DNA of 32,000 bases from Vibrio vulnificus CMCP6 (GTDB lineage Bacteria; Pseudomonadota; Gammaproteobacteria; Enterobacterales; Vibrionaceae). A program made the position numbers and the translations under genes. Below the pieces are notes generated by a model that worked only from the letters and a program-made list of their open reading frames with translations, did not search any database and was not told the DNA's origin. The stretch spans positions 210,001-242,000 of the forward strand of contig NC_004459.3 of the NCBI RefSeq assembly GCF_000039765.1, read 5' to 3'. The stretch's first letter is position 1; every line of letters begins with the position of its first letter. This document shows positions 1 through 9,576 of this stretch, piece by piece.

Positions 1-1489
1 CTGAAACCGGACCTTTGGGTGGATAAGGTTCCGGGCTTCGTACCACATTGCCTTTAGTATCAATCACCGCAAACTGATCGCCTTGGGGTGACACAATCAC
101 TTCAAACTCGCGCAAATCACCCGCGGCCAAAATGTTAAATTGAGCGGTTCCTTGAGCAAAACTGGTGGAGGCTTCATAGCTTTGTGCGGCAATCATACTC
201 GCATCATTCGTTGCGACTTGCATTTGCGCGGCCGAGTTACGCGTTGGGCGTAATAAGATTTTTTCGCCCGCTTTGGGCTCATTTCTCACTTCAACACGCA
301 TACCATCCATGTAAAACGCAGACTTAGCTGAATCTAAAGAGACGGAGACCGTTTCGCCCGATGGCTTGGTCACTGTATAGTTACTGCCGTCATAACGAAG
401 CGCATATTCACCACCTTTGAGCGACGCTAAATCGTTAATAAAAACGGCCACTTCGGCTTGCGAATCTGGCGCCGTCACGGCTCTTGATTTGGCGATCACC
501 TCGGCATTTACATCGGTAAAAATCACACCACCAATATTGCCGCGTAAATCCAGACCTTGTTTTTGCAGCTTGTTCACTTCATCAGAAAATCCGGCTGCCA
601 TGCGGCCAAGTTCATCCATCACATAGGGGATTTGGTTGTCACGCATGTCAAGCATGGCGCCGAGTTTGCCGTCTAGACCAACGCTTTTAATCGGTTTTAA
701 TGACTTTCCTTCGTAGATCGCTAGGCGACGTTGATGAACGTCTGGGTAGCCATCAATCATCTTAAGTTGGCTTGCTTCCGTGCCTGAGACGAGCGTATGG
801 CCATTGCCGATATGCACGTTAAAACCTTCCGCGTTTTTCCGCGGAGTCACGGTCACTTTAGTGTATTCAGAAAGCTCTTTGACCAGCTTTTCGTGTTGGT
901 CCATCAAATCGTTATGAGGACCAGGCGTGCGCATCATCAAGCGGTGAATATCACGGATTTCAACCGCAATCTGGTTGATACGCTCTATACCCATATCGAG
1001 TTTTTTATTGGTGACATCGTATTGCTGACGAATGGTTTCATGAAAGCCATTAACGGTTTCACTGATGATTCGCGCTTTTTCCAGTAGAACTTTTCGCGCG
1101 CCAATATCGTTTGGGCTGTCCGCCAAGGTTTTTAGCGCATCGAACCATTCATTAAGATTTTCAGGAATTTTTTTCGACGCAACAGAAGAAAGCATGCTTG
1201 AAAGCATTTCTAAGTTCGCTTCGACATCCCCTTTGTTGGCAAAGTTGGTGGTGGAAAGATTAAGCTCATTAACGGCAAATTGGTCCCAAGAGCGGCGAAC
1301 ATTTTCCACATGCACGCCCATACCGTAGGTAGAACCACCAAACTGACGGGGATCATTGGTCGCTTGAATGACCGACTGACGGCTATAACCTTCTGTATTT
1401 ACGTTAGAAATGTTATGACCGGTAGTATTTAATTGTCTCTGAGCTGTCAGTACGCTCTGAGTACCTACATTCAGAAGATCCGACGCCAT
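1..1489 (-). CDS. flgK: flagellar hook-associated protein 1 FlgK, N-terminal ~496 codons (3' end lies beyond the window start)
   Basis: Absent from the ORF track because it runs off the window. The reverse complement from the ATG at 1489-1487 reads MASDLLNVGTQSVLTAQRQLNTTGHNISNVNTEGYSRQSV..., the conserved N-terminal motif of flagellar axial proteins. It follows flgJ, as in flg operons. Confidence 0.9.
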   Translation of the reverse strand, partial: MASDLLNVGTQSVLTAQRQLNTTGHNISNVNTEGYSRQSVIQATNDPRQFGGSTYGMGVHVENVRRSWDQFAVNELNLSTTNFANKGDVEANLEMLSSMLSSVASKKIPENLNEWFDALKTLADSPNDIGARKVLLEKARIISETVNGFHETIRQQYDVTNKKLDMGIERINQIAVEIRDIHRLMMRTPGPHNDLMDQHEKLVKELSEYTKVTVTPRKNAEGFNVHIGNGHTLVSGTEASQLKMIDGYPDVHQRRLAIYEGKSLKPIKSVGLDGKLGAMLDMRDNQIPYVMDELGRMAAGFSDEVNKLQKQGLDLRGNIGGVIFTDVNAEVIAKSRAVTAPDSQAEVAVFINDLASLKGGEYALRYDGSNYTVTKPSGETVSVSLDSAKSAFYMDGMRVEVRNEPKAGEKILLRPTRNSAAQMQVATNDASMIAAQSYEASTSFAQGTAQFNILAAGDLREFEVIVSPQGDQFAVIDTKGNVVRSPEPYPPKGPVS

Positions 1490-1544
1490 AATGCCCCCAA
1501 AAACTCAATCAAATCAGTAAAAACTGATCACCTGACGGTAAAAA

Positions 1545-1560
1545 TGCAAAAGATATGCCA
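1545..1560 (-). promoter_or_regulatory. sigma54 (-24/-12) promoter for flgK
   Basis: The minus strand reads TGGCAT-ATCTT-TTGCA, matching the TGGCAC-N5-TTGCW consensus with correct GG/GC spacing. It lies ~45 nt upstream of the flgK ATG and downstream of the flgJ terminator. Confidence 0.6.
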
Positions 1561-1608
1561 ACAAAAACACATGACTGATATAGAAAGGATTTAAGGGTTA
1601 AGGAAGGG

Positions 1609-1639
1609 TAAAAAAACGGCCTATTTTTAGTAGGCCGTT
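1609..1639 (-). terminator. rho-independent terminator after flgJ
   Basis: An 8-bp stem (aacggcct / aggccgtt, 1615-1639) is followed on the minus strand by a run of about 6 T. Confidence 0.7.
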
Positions 1640-1645
1640 GGGAGA

Positions 1646-2566
1646 TTACATGTTGTCGATACGTTGCTGCACTTTGAGCACTTTGTCGGCGTATTCAGGA
1701 TCCGTCGCATAACCTGCACGATGAATACCGCGAATAAAGCTTTCAGAATCGCCATTGTGCTGAAGTGCGGTCTGATAACGCGGATTGTTATTTAAAAACG
1801 CTACGTAATCATTAAAGCTGTCGGCAAACGAATCGTATGAACGAAACGCTGCCGTTTCCTTCACTGGCGTATTGTCGTGGAACTCTAAAGTTTGCGTAGT
1901 AACTTTGTCACCCGCCCAACTGCGATCCGCTTTGATGTTGAAGAGGTTATTGCTGCTGCCACGAGCATTTTTCACCACTTTCTGCCCCCAGCCTGTTTCC
2001 AAGGCCGCTTGTGCGAGCAATAGAGAAGGTTCAACCCCTAAGGATTTTGCCACCCTTTCCGCGTAAGGTCTCATCGAAGTAATGAACGACTCTGGTGAAT
2101 CAAACCTTGCCTTATCACTGCGAGCAAGCTGGCCTGACTCAATCAGGCGCTGCTCGGTTTCTCGCGCTTTCGAGCGATTGATTGGCATACGTTGTGGCGC
2201 TTCTTGTCCCGCTTCACGCATTGCCAACTCATTTTTGTCGATGCCTTTTCCACTGCTTAACTGCGCCACAATCATGTCCGCTAAGCCAAGCGAACCGGAA
2301 GAGCTGAGCTCACTGGCCATCTGTTCATCCAACATTTGGCGATAGAACAGCTGGTTTTGGCTGTTCATCAAATCCGATTCAAAACCACTATTGGCTTCGC
2401 GCATCGATTTAAACAACATGGAAGTAAAAATCGACTCAAACTGTTTTGCCGCCGCTTCTAGTGCTTTTTGTTCACCGCCATCTTTATCGTTCACGGCTTG
2501 CTGACGTAGCTTATCAAGATTGCTAATGTCGTGAATAAAGCCGATGTCGTTTGGATTGTTAATCAT
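1646..2566 (-). CDS. flgJ: flagellar rod-assembly protein / peptidoglycan hydrolase FlgJ
   Basis: 306-aa ORF. It has an N-terminal rod-binding-type region and a C-terminal glucosaminidase-like region (LLLAQAALETGWG...NLFNIK). It follows flgI in the operon. Confidence 0.93.
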   Translation of the reverse strand: MINNPNDIGFIHDISNLDKLRQQAVNDKDGGEQKALEAAAKQFESIFTSMLFKSMREANSGFESDLMNSQNQLFYRQMLDEQMASELSSSGSLGLADMIVAQLSSGKGIDKNELAMREAGQEAPQRMPINRSKARETEQRLIESGQLARSDKARFDSPESFITSMRPYAERVAKSLGVEPSLLLAQAALETGWGQKVVKNARGSSNNLFNIKADRSWAGDKVTTQTLEFHDNTPVKETAAFRSYDSFADSFNDYVAFLNNNPRYQTALQHNGDSESFIRGIHRAGYATDPEYADKVLKVQQRIDNM

Positions 2567-2582
2567 ATTGCCTCCAAACCGA

Positions 2583-3674
2583 TCAGATGATGATCAGTTG
2601 TCCCTCGATAGCACCCGCTTGTTTAAGCGCTTGTAGAATGGCCATCAAATCTGACGGTGCAGCACCGACTTGGTTAACCGCGCGAACAAGATCATCCAAG
2701 GTTAAGCCCGGCTCAAATTTGAACATCTTACCTTGTTCTTCGGTCACTGAAATATCTGAATTGGGAACAACAACGGTTTCGCCACCCGAGAAACCATTCG
2801 GCTGACTCACACTCAAGTTTTCTTTAATCGCAACCGTCATACCACCGTGAGTCACGGCCGCAGGTTTTAATCGAACATGTTTACCCACCACAATGGTACC
2901 CGTACGTGAGTTAACAATGATTTTGGCTGCGCCGTCTGCTGGATCAAACTCGAGGTTTTCAATGGCAGAAAGAAAGGCGACGCGCTGACTGATGTCGCGG
3001 GGTGCTCGCACACGTACCGACGTCGCATCGACCGCAGAGGCCATTTGAGGACCAAGGAAATTATTGACGGCATCGGCCATGCGTTGTGCGGTGGTGAAAT
3101 CAGATTCAAGTAAGTTGAATGTAATGAAGTCGCCACGGCCAAATGGGGTTGGCACTTCACGCTCAACCATGGCACCGCTAGAGATAATACCGACGGTTGG
3201 GTTATTGCCGACGATTTTAGAGCCATCCGCCCCTTCTGCGCTAAAACCGCTCACCACTAAGTTGCCTTGTGCCACGGCATAAACTTGCCCATCCAAACCT
3301 TTCAAGAAGGTTTGCAGCAAGGTACCGCCACGTAAGCTCTTGGCACTACCAATAGAGGAGACCGTCACATCAATCTGTTGACCGGGTTTAGAAAAAGGAG
3401 GAAGTTCTGCCGTTACCATTACAGCGGCAACGTTTTTGATTTTTGGTTTGGTTCCCGCAGGCAACTGAATGCCGAAGTTTTGTAGCATTGCGGCAAAACT
3501 CTGCTCGGTAAACGGTGTGGATTCACCCGTTCCAGGCAAACCAGAGACAAGACCATAACCTACTAATTGGTTGCTTCTTACCCCTGCCACCTGAGCAACA
3601 TCTTTAATACGCGCCGCATAGGCCGAGGTCATCGGCAATACAAAACATAACAACAGTAGGGTGAACTTTTTCAT
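2583..3674 (-). CDS. flgI: flagellar P-ring protein FlgI
   Basis: 363-aa ORF with a signal peptide ([20 protein letters not shown]) followed by [30 protein letters not shown], typical of FlgI. Confidence 0.95.
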
Positions 3675-3733
3675 CTTAACTTACCTTTCTCTAGTGCAGG
3701 ATCAAGCCGTCAAATTGCCATCGGCTTTGCCGC

Positions 3734-4513
3734 TTATAGAGAGACATTAAAGAATCGTGCCAAGAATCCAGGCTCTTGCATATCTTGTTGTGTCCCGGTA
3801 CCAGAATATTGAATTCTTGCGTTAGAAACGCGATTTGACGCAATAGTGTTGTCAAAACTAATATCATCAGGACGAATTGTGCCACTGAGGCGAATGTACT
3901 CATCACCCGTATTCAGCGTCAGCCACTTCTCACCACGAATCACGAGGTTGCCATTGGCCAGTACTTCGATCACTTCCACGGTGATGTAACCGCTGATGCT
4001 GTTGCTCTGTTTTGCCGACGCATCGCCAGTGAAGTTGTTTGAGTTGGTCAGGTTGTAAGAGAAATTATACTTACCGTCGATTTTGAGCTCTTGCCCACCC
4101 ACTTCAAGGGGATCCATGCTTGAATCGTTGCTTTTCGACAGGTCCGCATTGGCACTTTTGGAAGCATTGGTTTTTTCATCCAGAGTGACGGTAATGATGT
4201 CACCGACGCCGCGAGGCTTCGAGTCATCATAAAGATTCGACAAATGATTCACGCTAAATAGCGAGCCCGTTTCCGCAGCGTAGTGCTCTGGCTGCTGTTT
4301 CGGATGAATGGGAGCCCACGCAGGATCGCCTGCCACGGGATCGCTACGTCCACGCAAGGTATCGACGATACCCGAGCTCTCGTCCTTCGACTTATCCCCT
4401 TCAACCGCATCCACCACTGTCGTCGCATTGACCACTTCTGGGGTTTCGATTGGCTCAAGCATGGTACAGCCACTCATGATGGTGACTAAAGCAATCAGAC
4501 TGATGCGTTTCAT
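3734..4513 (-). CDS. flgH: flagellar L-ring lipoprotein FlgH
   Basis: The ORF track starts at 4570, which would overlap the flgG stop (4551). The internal ATG at 4513 gives [16 protein letters not shown] with a lipobox and is preceded by AGGAGA. The rest of the sequence is FlgH-like. Confidence 0.9.
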   Translation of the reverse strand: MKRISLIALVTIMSGCTMLEPIETPEVVNATTVVDAVEGDKSKDESSGIVDTLRGRSDPVAGDPAWAPIHPKQQPEHYAAETGSLFSVNHLSNLYDDSKPRGVGDIITVTLDEKTNASKSANADLSKSNDSSMDPLEVGGQELKIDGKYNFSYNLTNSNNFTGDASAKQSNSISGYITVEVIEVLANGNLVIRGEKWLTLNTGDEYIRLSGTIRPDDISFDNTIASNRVSNARIQYSGTGTQQDMQEPGFLARFFNVSL

Positions 4514-4550
4514 GGCGATATTCTCTCCTACTCGTTTAGCTAACCAGCGC

Positions 4551-5339
4551 TTAAAGCTGCTGGTTAACAAAACTCATCATCTTATCGACCGATGAGATGA
4601 CTTTTGAATTCATTTCGTAAACACGTTGTGCTTCGATCATGTTGACCAATTCTTCCGTTACGTTCACGTTGGATGTTTCTAGCATGGATTGGCGCACTTC
4701 ACCCAAGCCATCAAGGCCAGGTACCCCTTCTTGTGGGTCACCACTCGCCCCTGTCGGCAAGTAGAGGTTCTGACCAATGGGCTCTAGACCACCTGGGTTA
4801 ACAAAGTCGGTAATGGTGATTTGCCCAACCACTTGGTTATTCTGCTGGCCACGAATACGCACAGAGACTTCACCGTCCGTACCGACAGTAATGGAAATGG
4901 CGTCTTCAGGGATCACAATTTCAGGTTCTAATGGATAACCCGAACCGGATGTGACTACGACACCTTCACCGTTCAGTGTGAACTGGCCATTGCGGGAGTA
5001 ACCAATATTGCCGTCGGGCATGGTGATTTGGAAAAAGCCATCCCCTTCAACCATCAGATCCAACGCATTGGTGGTGGTTTGGGCGTTACCATGTGTATGC
5101 ACTTTTTGTGTTGCGACCACTTTTGAGCCCGCACCTAACATCAAACCACTGGGTAGTTGCGTATTCTGAGAAGATTGACCGCCAGGTTGGTTAATATTTT
5201 GGTAGAACAGATCTTCAAATACCGCACGACCCTTTTTAAAACCGATGGTTGAGGCGTTCGCTAGGTTGTTTGAAATTGTCGCGATATTGGTTTGTTGAGC
5301 GTCTAAGCCCGTTTTACTTACCCATAGTGCCGGATGCAT
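4551..5339 (-). CDS. flgG: flagellar distal rod protein FlgG
   Basis: 262-aa [38 protein letters not shown] at the N terminus and the conserved C terminus ...[19 protein letters not shown]. Confidence 0.95.
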   Translation of the reverse strand: MHPALWVSKTGLDAQQTNIATISNNLANASTIGFKKGRAVFEDLFYQNINQPGGQSSQNTQLPSGLMLGAGSKVVATQKVHTHGNAQTTTNALDLMVEGDGFFQITMPDGNIGYSRNGQFTLNGEGVVVTSGSGYPLEPEIVIPEDAISITVGTDGEVSVRIRGQQNNQVVGQITITDFVNPGGLEPIGQNLYLPTGASGDPQEGVPGLDGLGEVRQSMLETSNVNVTEELVNMIEAQRVYEMNSKVISSVDKMMSFVNQQL

Positions 5340-5360
5340 AATCTGTGACCTCTAATTCTG

Positions 5361-6110
5361 TTAGCTCATACGAAGCAGAGAATCAGACGACTTGTCCATC
5401 TCTTCTGCTGTGCTCATCATTTTTACCTGCATCTCAAATTGACGTTGCAGGTCAATCAGAGCCGTCATTTCACCAACAGCATTCACGTTGCTGCCCTCAA
5501 TGGCACCTGTCATGATTTGCACCGTTGGATCCGCTTCGTACGGCTGATTGGGTTCCTTGTGGCGGAACAGGCCATTGGTGTCTTTAAACAAGGCACTGTC
5601 ATTGGTCTTGACCAGCTTAATACGATCGATTTCTTCCATCTCTTCCGCTGGCGCTCCTTGAGGTAAGACCGAAATCGTGCCGTCGCGACCGATTTCAATT
5701 TTGCTCACAGGAAGAGGAATGGTAATGGGTGCACCACCTTCCCCAAGGACCAAATGTCCACTGGCATTGCTCAGTAGTCCATTTTGATCGACTTTCAGAT
5801 TACCGTTACGGGTTAACCCTTCTTTGCCTAGTTTATCCATCACCCCAATCCAACCATTTCCCTCAATCGTAATATCGAGGTCACGGCCTGTGGTGATCAC
5901 ACTGCCTTGAGCAAAATTATGTCCTGGGCGCTCTGTCATGCTGAAAACTCGAGTAGGTAGCCCGTCACCGTACGCTTGCATTGAACGAGCTTGTGCTAAA
6001 TCTGCACGAAACCCTGTTGTGCTCACGTTGGCTAGGTTGTTCGCTCGTAGTTGCAGAGCCTGCATATTCTGCTTGGCACCACTCATAGCAAGAAAGAGTG
6101 CACGATCCAT
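5361..6110 (-). CDS. flgF: flagellar proximal rod protein FlgF
   Basis: The track start at 6122 is a TTG. The ATG at 6110 (MDRALFLAMSGAKQNM...) is preceded by GGAG with a 6-nt spacer. Rod-protein N- and C-terminal motifs are present. Confidence 0.9.
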   Translation of the reverse strand: MDRALFLAMSGAKQNMQALQLRANNLANVSTTGFRADLAQARSMQAYGDGLPTRVFSMTERPGHNFAQGSVITTGRDLDITIEGNGWIGVMDKLGKEGLTRNGNLKVDQNGLLSNASGHLVLGEGGAPITIPLPVSKIEIGRDGTISVLPQGAPAEEMEEIDRIKLVKTNDSALFKDTNGLFRHKEPNQPYEADPTVQIMTGAIEGSNVNAVGEMTALIDLQRQFEMQVKMMSTAEEMDKSSDSLLRMS

Positions 6111-6145
6111 AATCCGCTCCAAAAATCTTAATCTAAGACCTTAAA

Positions 6146-6161
6146 AGCAAGCATCATGCCA
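6146..6161 (-). promoter_or_regulatory. sigma54 (-24/-12) promoter for flgF-G-H-I-J
   Basis: The minus strand reads TGGCAT-GATGC-TTGCT, ~25-35 nt upstream of the flgF ATG. Confidence 0.6.
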
Positions 6162-6293
6162 ATTTATTTTATTCAATGAATTCAAACACATAGAAGAATA
6201 ACTACGAAAGAGGCAATCAGAGAGAGGCAAACCATCGGTAGAAAAGATGCCGATCGGCAATCAGAGAGGCAAAGTATGATAGATGTGAATAAT

Positions 6294-6325
6294 GCTTAGC
6301 CTGAGTGAGGTCGTTCAGGCTAAGC
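6294..6325 (-). terminator. hairpin / possible terminator after flgE
   Basis: An 11-bp perfect stem (gcttagcctga / tcaggctaagc) lies 27 nt after the flgE stop. The trailing U-tract on the minus strand is weak (ATTATTCAC). Confidence 0.45.
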
Positions 6326-6351
6326 ACCAGATGAATGTCATGTAAAAACGA

Positions 6352-7656
6352 TTAACGAATCTGCAGGATGTTCTGTTGTAGCTGGTTGTGAACTTCTAGC
6401 GCACGTGAGTTTGCTTGGAAGTTTCGCTGAGCAGAAATCAGATCCACCAGCTCTTGAGTCATATCGATATTCGACTGCTCAAGCGCACCGCTGGAAACCG
6501 TACCAAATGAACCTTTGTTTGATTCACCCCAGATTTTATCGCCTGAGTTATTGGTTGAATTCCACTGCGTACCACCTTTCTTATCCAAGCCTTGCTCATT
6601 TGGAACACGTACCAAGGCAACTCGGCCTAGAGTCACGTTTTCACCGTTAGAGTATGTACCGTAAACACTGCCGTTTTCGTCGATATCAACTTTGGTCAAG
6701 AAACCCGTGGTGGCACCATCTTCATCGAACTTTGTCAGCTCAAATGGCGCGGCAAACTGGGTTGATGAGTTTAAATCAAACGCGATGGTTTGCGTTGGAT
6801 CGCCACCGTTCATATCAATCGGCACAGCACCAGCACCAAGCGGATCTGAAATGATTGGCTGACCATTGTTGAGACTTGCCAATGTACCATCATTATTGAA
6901 CTTAACGGTGTGGCCAATATGACCTGTCGCGTTGGTCGCATCACCGCCAGCAATATTGAGAGGTTTTTCACCTTGGCTGTCTGTTACCGTGTAGTACGTC
7001 TGCCAAGTATTGGGCTGAGTCTGATCTTTCAAATAGTAGGTGGTTAATTTGTAAGATTGACCCATTGAGTCATAGATCGTCGAAGAAGTAGAACGGTTAT
7101 ACGTATCTGGATCTTCGAAATCAAATGCCTGTGGATCTTTAAGCGCACCACTGGCAGGTAGGTTAACACCCACAGTGACATTCGAGGTCTGCTTTGGCTT
7201 ACCAAACTCCGCAGGGATGTTCAGAGGCTGGGGTTCATAAGAAGCCACATCGCCACTCAACGGGTCCACTTGATAACCCAGTAAGTATTCATCATTCGCC
7301 GTCACCATGTAGTTGTCTTTGCTTAGATGAAATGCACCATTACGTGTTAGTTCGTTCTGGTTGGGTACCATGCGGTCTTTCGCTACGGCAAAAAAACCGG
7401 TGCCGCTAATGCGCAAATCCATAGGGTTGTTAGTGTAAATACTTGAACCTTCGTGGAACTGTTGTGCCACTTGGTTTGCTTGTACACCACCACCTGGAGT
7501 GGTTTTCGCATTGGTAAAGAGTGAGTTAGAGTAAACATCACCAAACTCCGCACGCGACTCTTTAAAGCCGTAGGTATTGGCGTTAGCAATGTTGTTACTC
7601 GTGGTATTTAGATCTAACTGAGCTGCGGACAAACCGCTTAAAGATACATATGACAT
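6352..7656 (-). CDS. flgE: flagellar hook protein FlgE
   Basis: 434-aa ORF. MSYVSLSGLSAAQLDLNTTSNNIANANTYGFK at the N terminus and a conserved C terminus (LEQSNIDMTQELVDLISAQRNFQANSRA). Confidence 0.95.
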   Translation of the reverse strand: MSYVSLSGLSAAQLDLNTTSNNIANANTYGFKESRAEFGDVYSNSLFTNAKTTPGGGVQANQVAQQFHEGSSIYTNNPMDLRISGTGFFAVAKDRMVPNQNELTRNGAFHLSKDNYMVTANDEYLLGYQVDPLSGDVASYEPQPLNIPAEFGKPKQTSNVTVGVNLPASGALKDPQAFDFEDPDTYNRSTSSTIYDSMGQSYKLTTYYLKDQTQPNTWQTYYTVTDSQGEKPLNIAGGDATNATGHIGHTVKFNNDGTLASLNNGQPIISDPLGAGAVPIDMNGGDPTQTIAFDLNSSTQFAAPFELTKFDEDGATTGFLTKVDIDENGSVYGTYSNGENVTLGRVALVRVPNEQGLDKKGGTQWNSTNNSGDKIWGESNKGSFGTVSSGALEQSNIDMTQELVDLISAQRNFQANSRALEVHNQLQQNILQIR

Positions 7657-7686
7657 TCCAAAATCTCCTGAATCTAGCCAGCGTAA

Positions 7687-8394
7687 TTACGCTTTGCCAA
7701 CTTCTAGTACTTCAGCAAGTCGAACTGGCGAATCAAAGCCAGCCAGATTGAGCAGTACGTTACCATCACCTTTACCTAGCAATACACTGTTTACGTTGGC
7801 ATAAGTGGATACTGGGAAGTCACTTGACTGACCATCCAATAAACCTGATGCCTTCACTTTGTATTTGCCAGCCGGCAATGGATTACCGTTTTCGTCGTTG
7901 CCGTCCCATTCAACACGGTTATCTCCCGCAGGTTTCGCTCCTACCTCAAAAGAACGAACCAGTTGGCCAATTTCGTTTTCCACACGGACAATCACGTTAT
8001 CCATCGCTTGTGGAAGTTTGACCATGGCAGGCATACCCGTATTTTCTTGCTTCAGCCCCGCCGCTCCTGGAACCAAAACATCACGACCCACTAAAGAAGA
8101 AGCCTGTAATGCTTGGTTTGACGTCATCGATGAGTTGAGGCTCTCGAACTGAGAGTTCATCTTGCCGATGCCATCGACGGTCGCAAATGACGCCATTTGC
8201 GCAATCATCTGGTCGTTACTCACCGGCTTAAAAGGATCCTGTTGAGCAAGCTGCTTGGTCAACAACGATAAAAAGTCTTCTTGTTTAAGCTCTTGTTTAC
8301 CTGTTGTTTCTGTTGGCTTCTTGCTCTCTTGCAAACTCTTAAGCTGGTCGATATAGGACAAGCCGCTTTGACCAACGTTATTGATTCCGGCCAT
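7687..8394 (-). CDS. flgD: flagellar hook-capping / assembly protein FlgD
   Basis: 235-aa ORF between flgC and flgE. It contains the FLSLLTKQLAQQDPFKP motif typical of FlgD. Confidence 0.9.
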   Translation of the reverse strand: MAGINNVGQSGLSYIDQLKSLQESKKPTETTGKQELKQEDFLSLLTKQLAQQDPFKPVSNDQMIAQMASFATVDGIGKMNSQFESLNSSMTSNQALQASSLVGRDVLVPGAAGLKQENTGMPAMVKLPQAMDNVIVRVENEIGQLVRSFEVGAKPAGDNRVEWDGNDENGNPLPAGKYKVKASGLLDGQSSDFPVSTYANVNSVLLGKGDGNVLLNLAGFDSPVRLAEVLEVGKA

Positions 8395-8411
8395 ACGCTA
8401 CCTCCTTATCC

Positions 8412-8828
8412 CTATTGACCCATCTGCAGCGTACGCAGCAGCATTTGTTTACTTGCATCTGCAACTTGAACGTTTGTTTGGTACGCTCGTGAAGCAGAAA
8501 TCATGTTGGCCATTTCTTCCATCACATTGACATTAGGCTTGTAGATATAGCCTTCATCGTTTGCGAGTGGGTGCTCTGGGTTGTATTCCGCGCTCAGCGG
8601 TTTATCGCTTTCCACAATGCCAAGTACTTTCACAGGAACCGTGTCCCCGCGGTTGTACATCGCATTACTTAACTCAGCACCAAACACCGCGTGACGAGCT
8701 TTGTAAGTATCTTTAGCAGAACTACTGACACTATCCGCGTTGGCTAGGTTACTTGAGGTCGTATTTAGACGAACAGATTCAGCACTCATTGCAGAACCAG
8801 TCACATTGAACACATTAAATAAGCTCAT
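8412..8828 (-). CDS. flgC: flagellar proximal rod protein FlgC
   Basis: 138-aa ORF with FlgC-like N and C termini (...ASRAYQTNVQVADASKQMLLRTLQMG). Confidence 0.95.
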   Translation of the reverse strand: MSLFNVFNVTGSAMSAESVRLNTTSSNLANADSVSSSAKDTYKARHAVFGAELSNAMYNRGDTVPVKVLGIVESDKPLSAEYNPEHPLANDEGYIYKPNVNVMEEMANMISASRAYQTNVQVADASKQMLLRTLQMGQ

Positions 8829-8832
8829 CTAA

Positions 8833-9228
8833 TTATTCCCCTTTGATCGCTTTCGTTAAGTTCTTAAATTTCCCGCCCAAAAAATCGAGAGACGCTTGAT
8901 GACGAATTTGATTCTGCATAAACAAATTACGCTCGAGATCCAAATCCACCGTATTGCCATCTCCGGTATCTGGTTGAGTCGGTAAACGATAAAGTTTTTC
9001 ACCCATTACCGTTGTAGTGGCAGGAATATGCCGACCATCCGTACGGCTAAGACCAATGCTTGCCCCCGAACTTGCCGCCTGCAGTTCCTTAGAAAAATCT
9101 AGCCCTCTTGCCTTGTAGCCAGGTGTGTTTGCTTGCGCAATGTTAGTAGAGATAACCTCTGCATTGCGTTCACGCACGCCCACCGTGTGTTGGTGGATGC
9201 CTAGTGCCTTGTCAAAAGAGATAGTCAT
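8833..9228 (-). CDS. flgB: flagellar proximal rod protein FlgB
   Basis: 131-aa ORF and first gene of the operon. It carries the ISTNIAQANTPGYKAR motif, and a GAGG Shine-Dalgarno sits 6 nt upstream. Confidence 0.95.
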   Translation of the reverse strand: MTISFDKALGIHQHTVGVRERNAEVISTNIAQANTPGYKARGLDFSKELQAASSGASIGLSRTDGRHIPATTTVMGEKLYRLPTQPDTGDGNTVDLDLERNLFMQNQIRHQASLDFLGGKFKNLTKAIKGE

Positions 9229-9272
9229 AACTTGCCTCTACAAATAGAACTGACCGTTATTGGTTAAACAAA

Positions 9273-9288
9273 AGCAATTAGTGTGCCA
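9273..9288 (-). promoter_or_regulatory. sigma54 (-24/-12) promoter for flgB-C-D-E
   Basis: The minus strand reads TGGCAC-ACTAA-TTGCT, a near-perfect consensus, ~35-45 nt upstream of the flgB ATG. Confidence 0.65.
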
Positions 9289-9521
9289 AAAGACAAAACC
9301 AACAAAATTTGTTTTAACCGATATTGGAATAGCAATAACTAAGCCATGTCAGTGAAGGGAATGTCATAAAGCTTCACCAACATGACTGGTTTTAAAATTA
9401 TACACCCAAACAATCTGAAGGCGCCCGTTTAGTGGAAGTGAACCAGAGAGCTCGAAGGAAAATGACAGAAGACCTAAGAGGCTGAGGGAACTAGGGACTA
9501 GAAAACTAGAAAACTAGATAT

Positions 9522-9550
9522 AAAAAAACAGCTCGAGAATATCGAGCTGT
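9522..9550 (-). terminator. rho-independent terminator after cheR
   Basis: A 9-bp stem (acagctcga / tcgagctgt) is followed on the minus strand by a run of about 6 T. It lies 27 nt after the cheR stop. Confidence 0.75.
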
Positions 9551-9576
9551 TTGAATTTTGTCTGTTGCTTTGCAAA

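Noticed and set aside
417-1328. Plus-strand ORFs 417-626, 797-1087 and 1065-1328, and the many other 60-140-aa ORFs antisense to flg, gltX, copA and chitobiase genes
   Set aside because: All lie antisense to or out of frame with well-supported conserved genes. They have low-complexity, Arg/Ser/Cys-rich translations typical of shadow ORFs, and no start signals.
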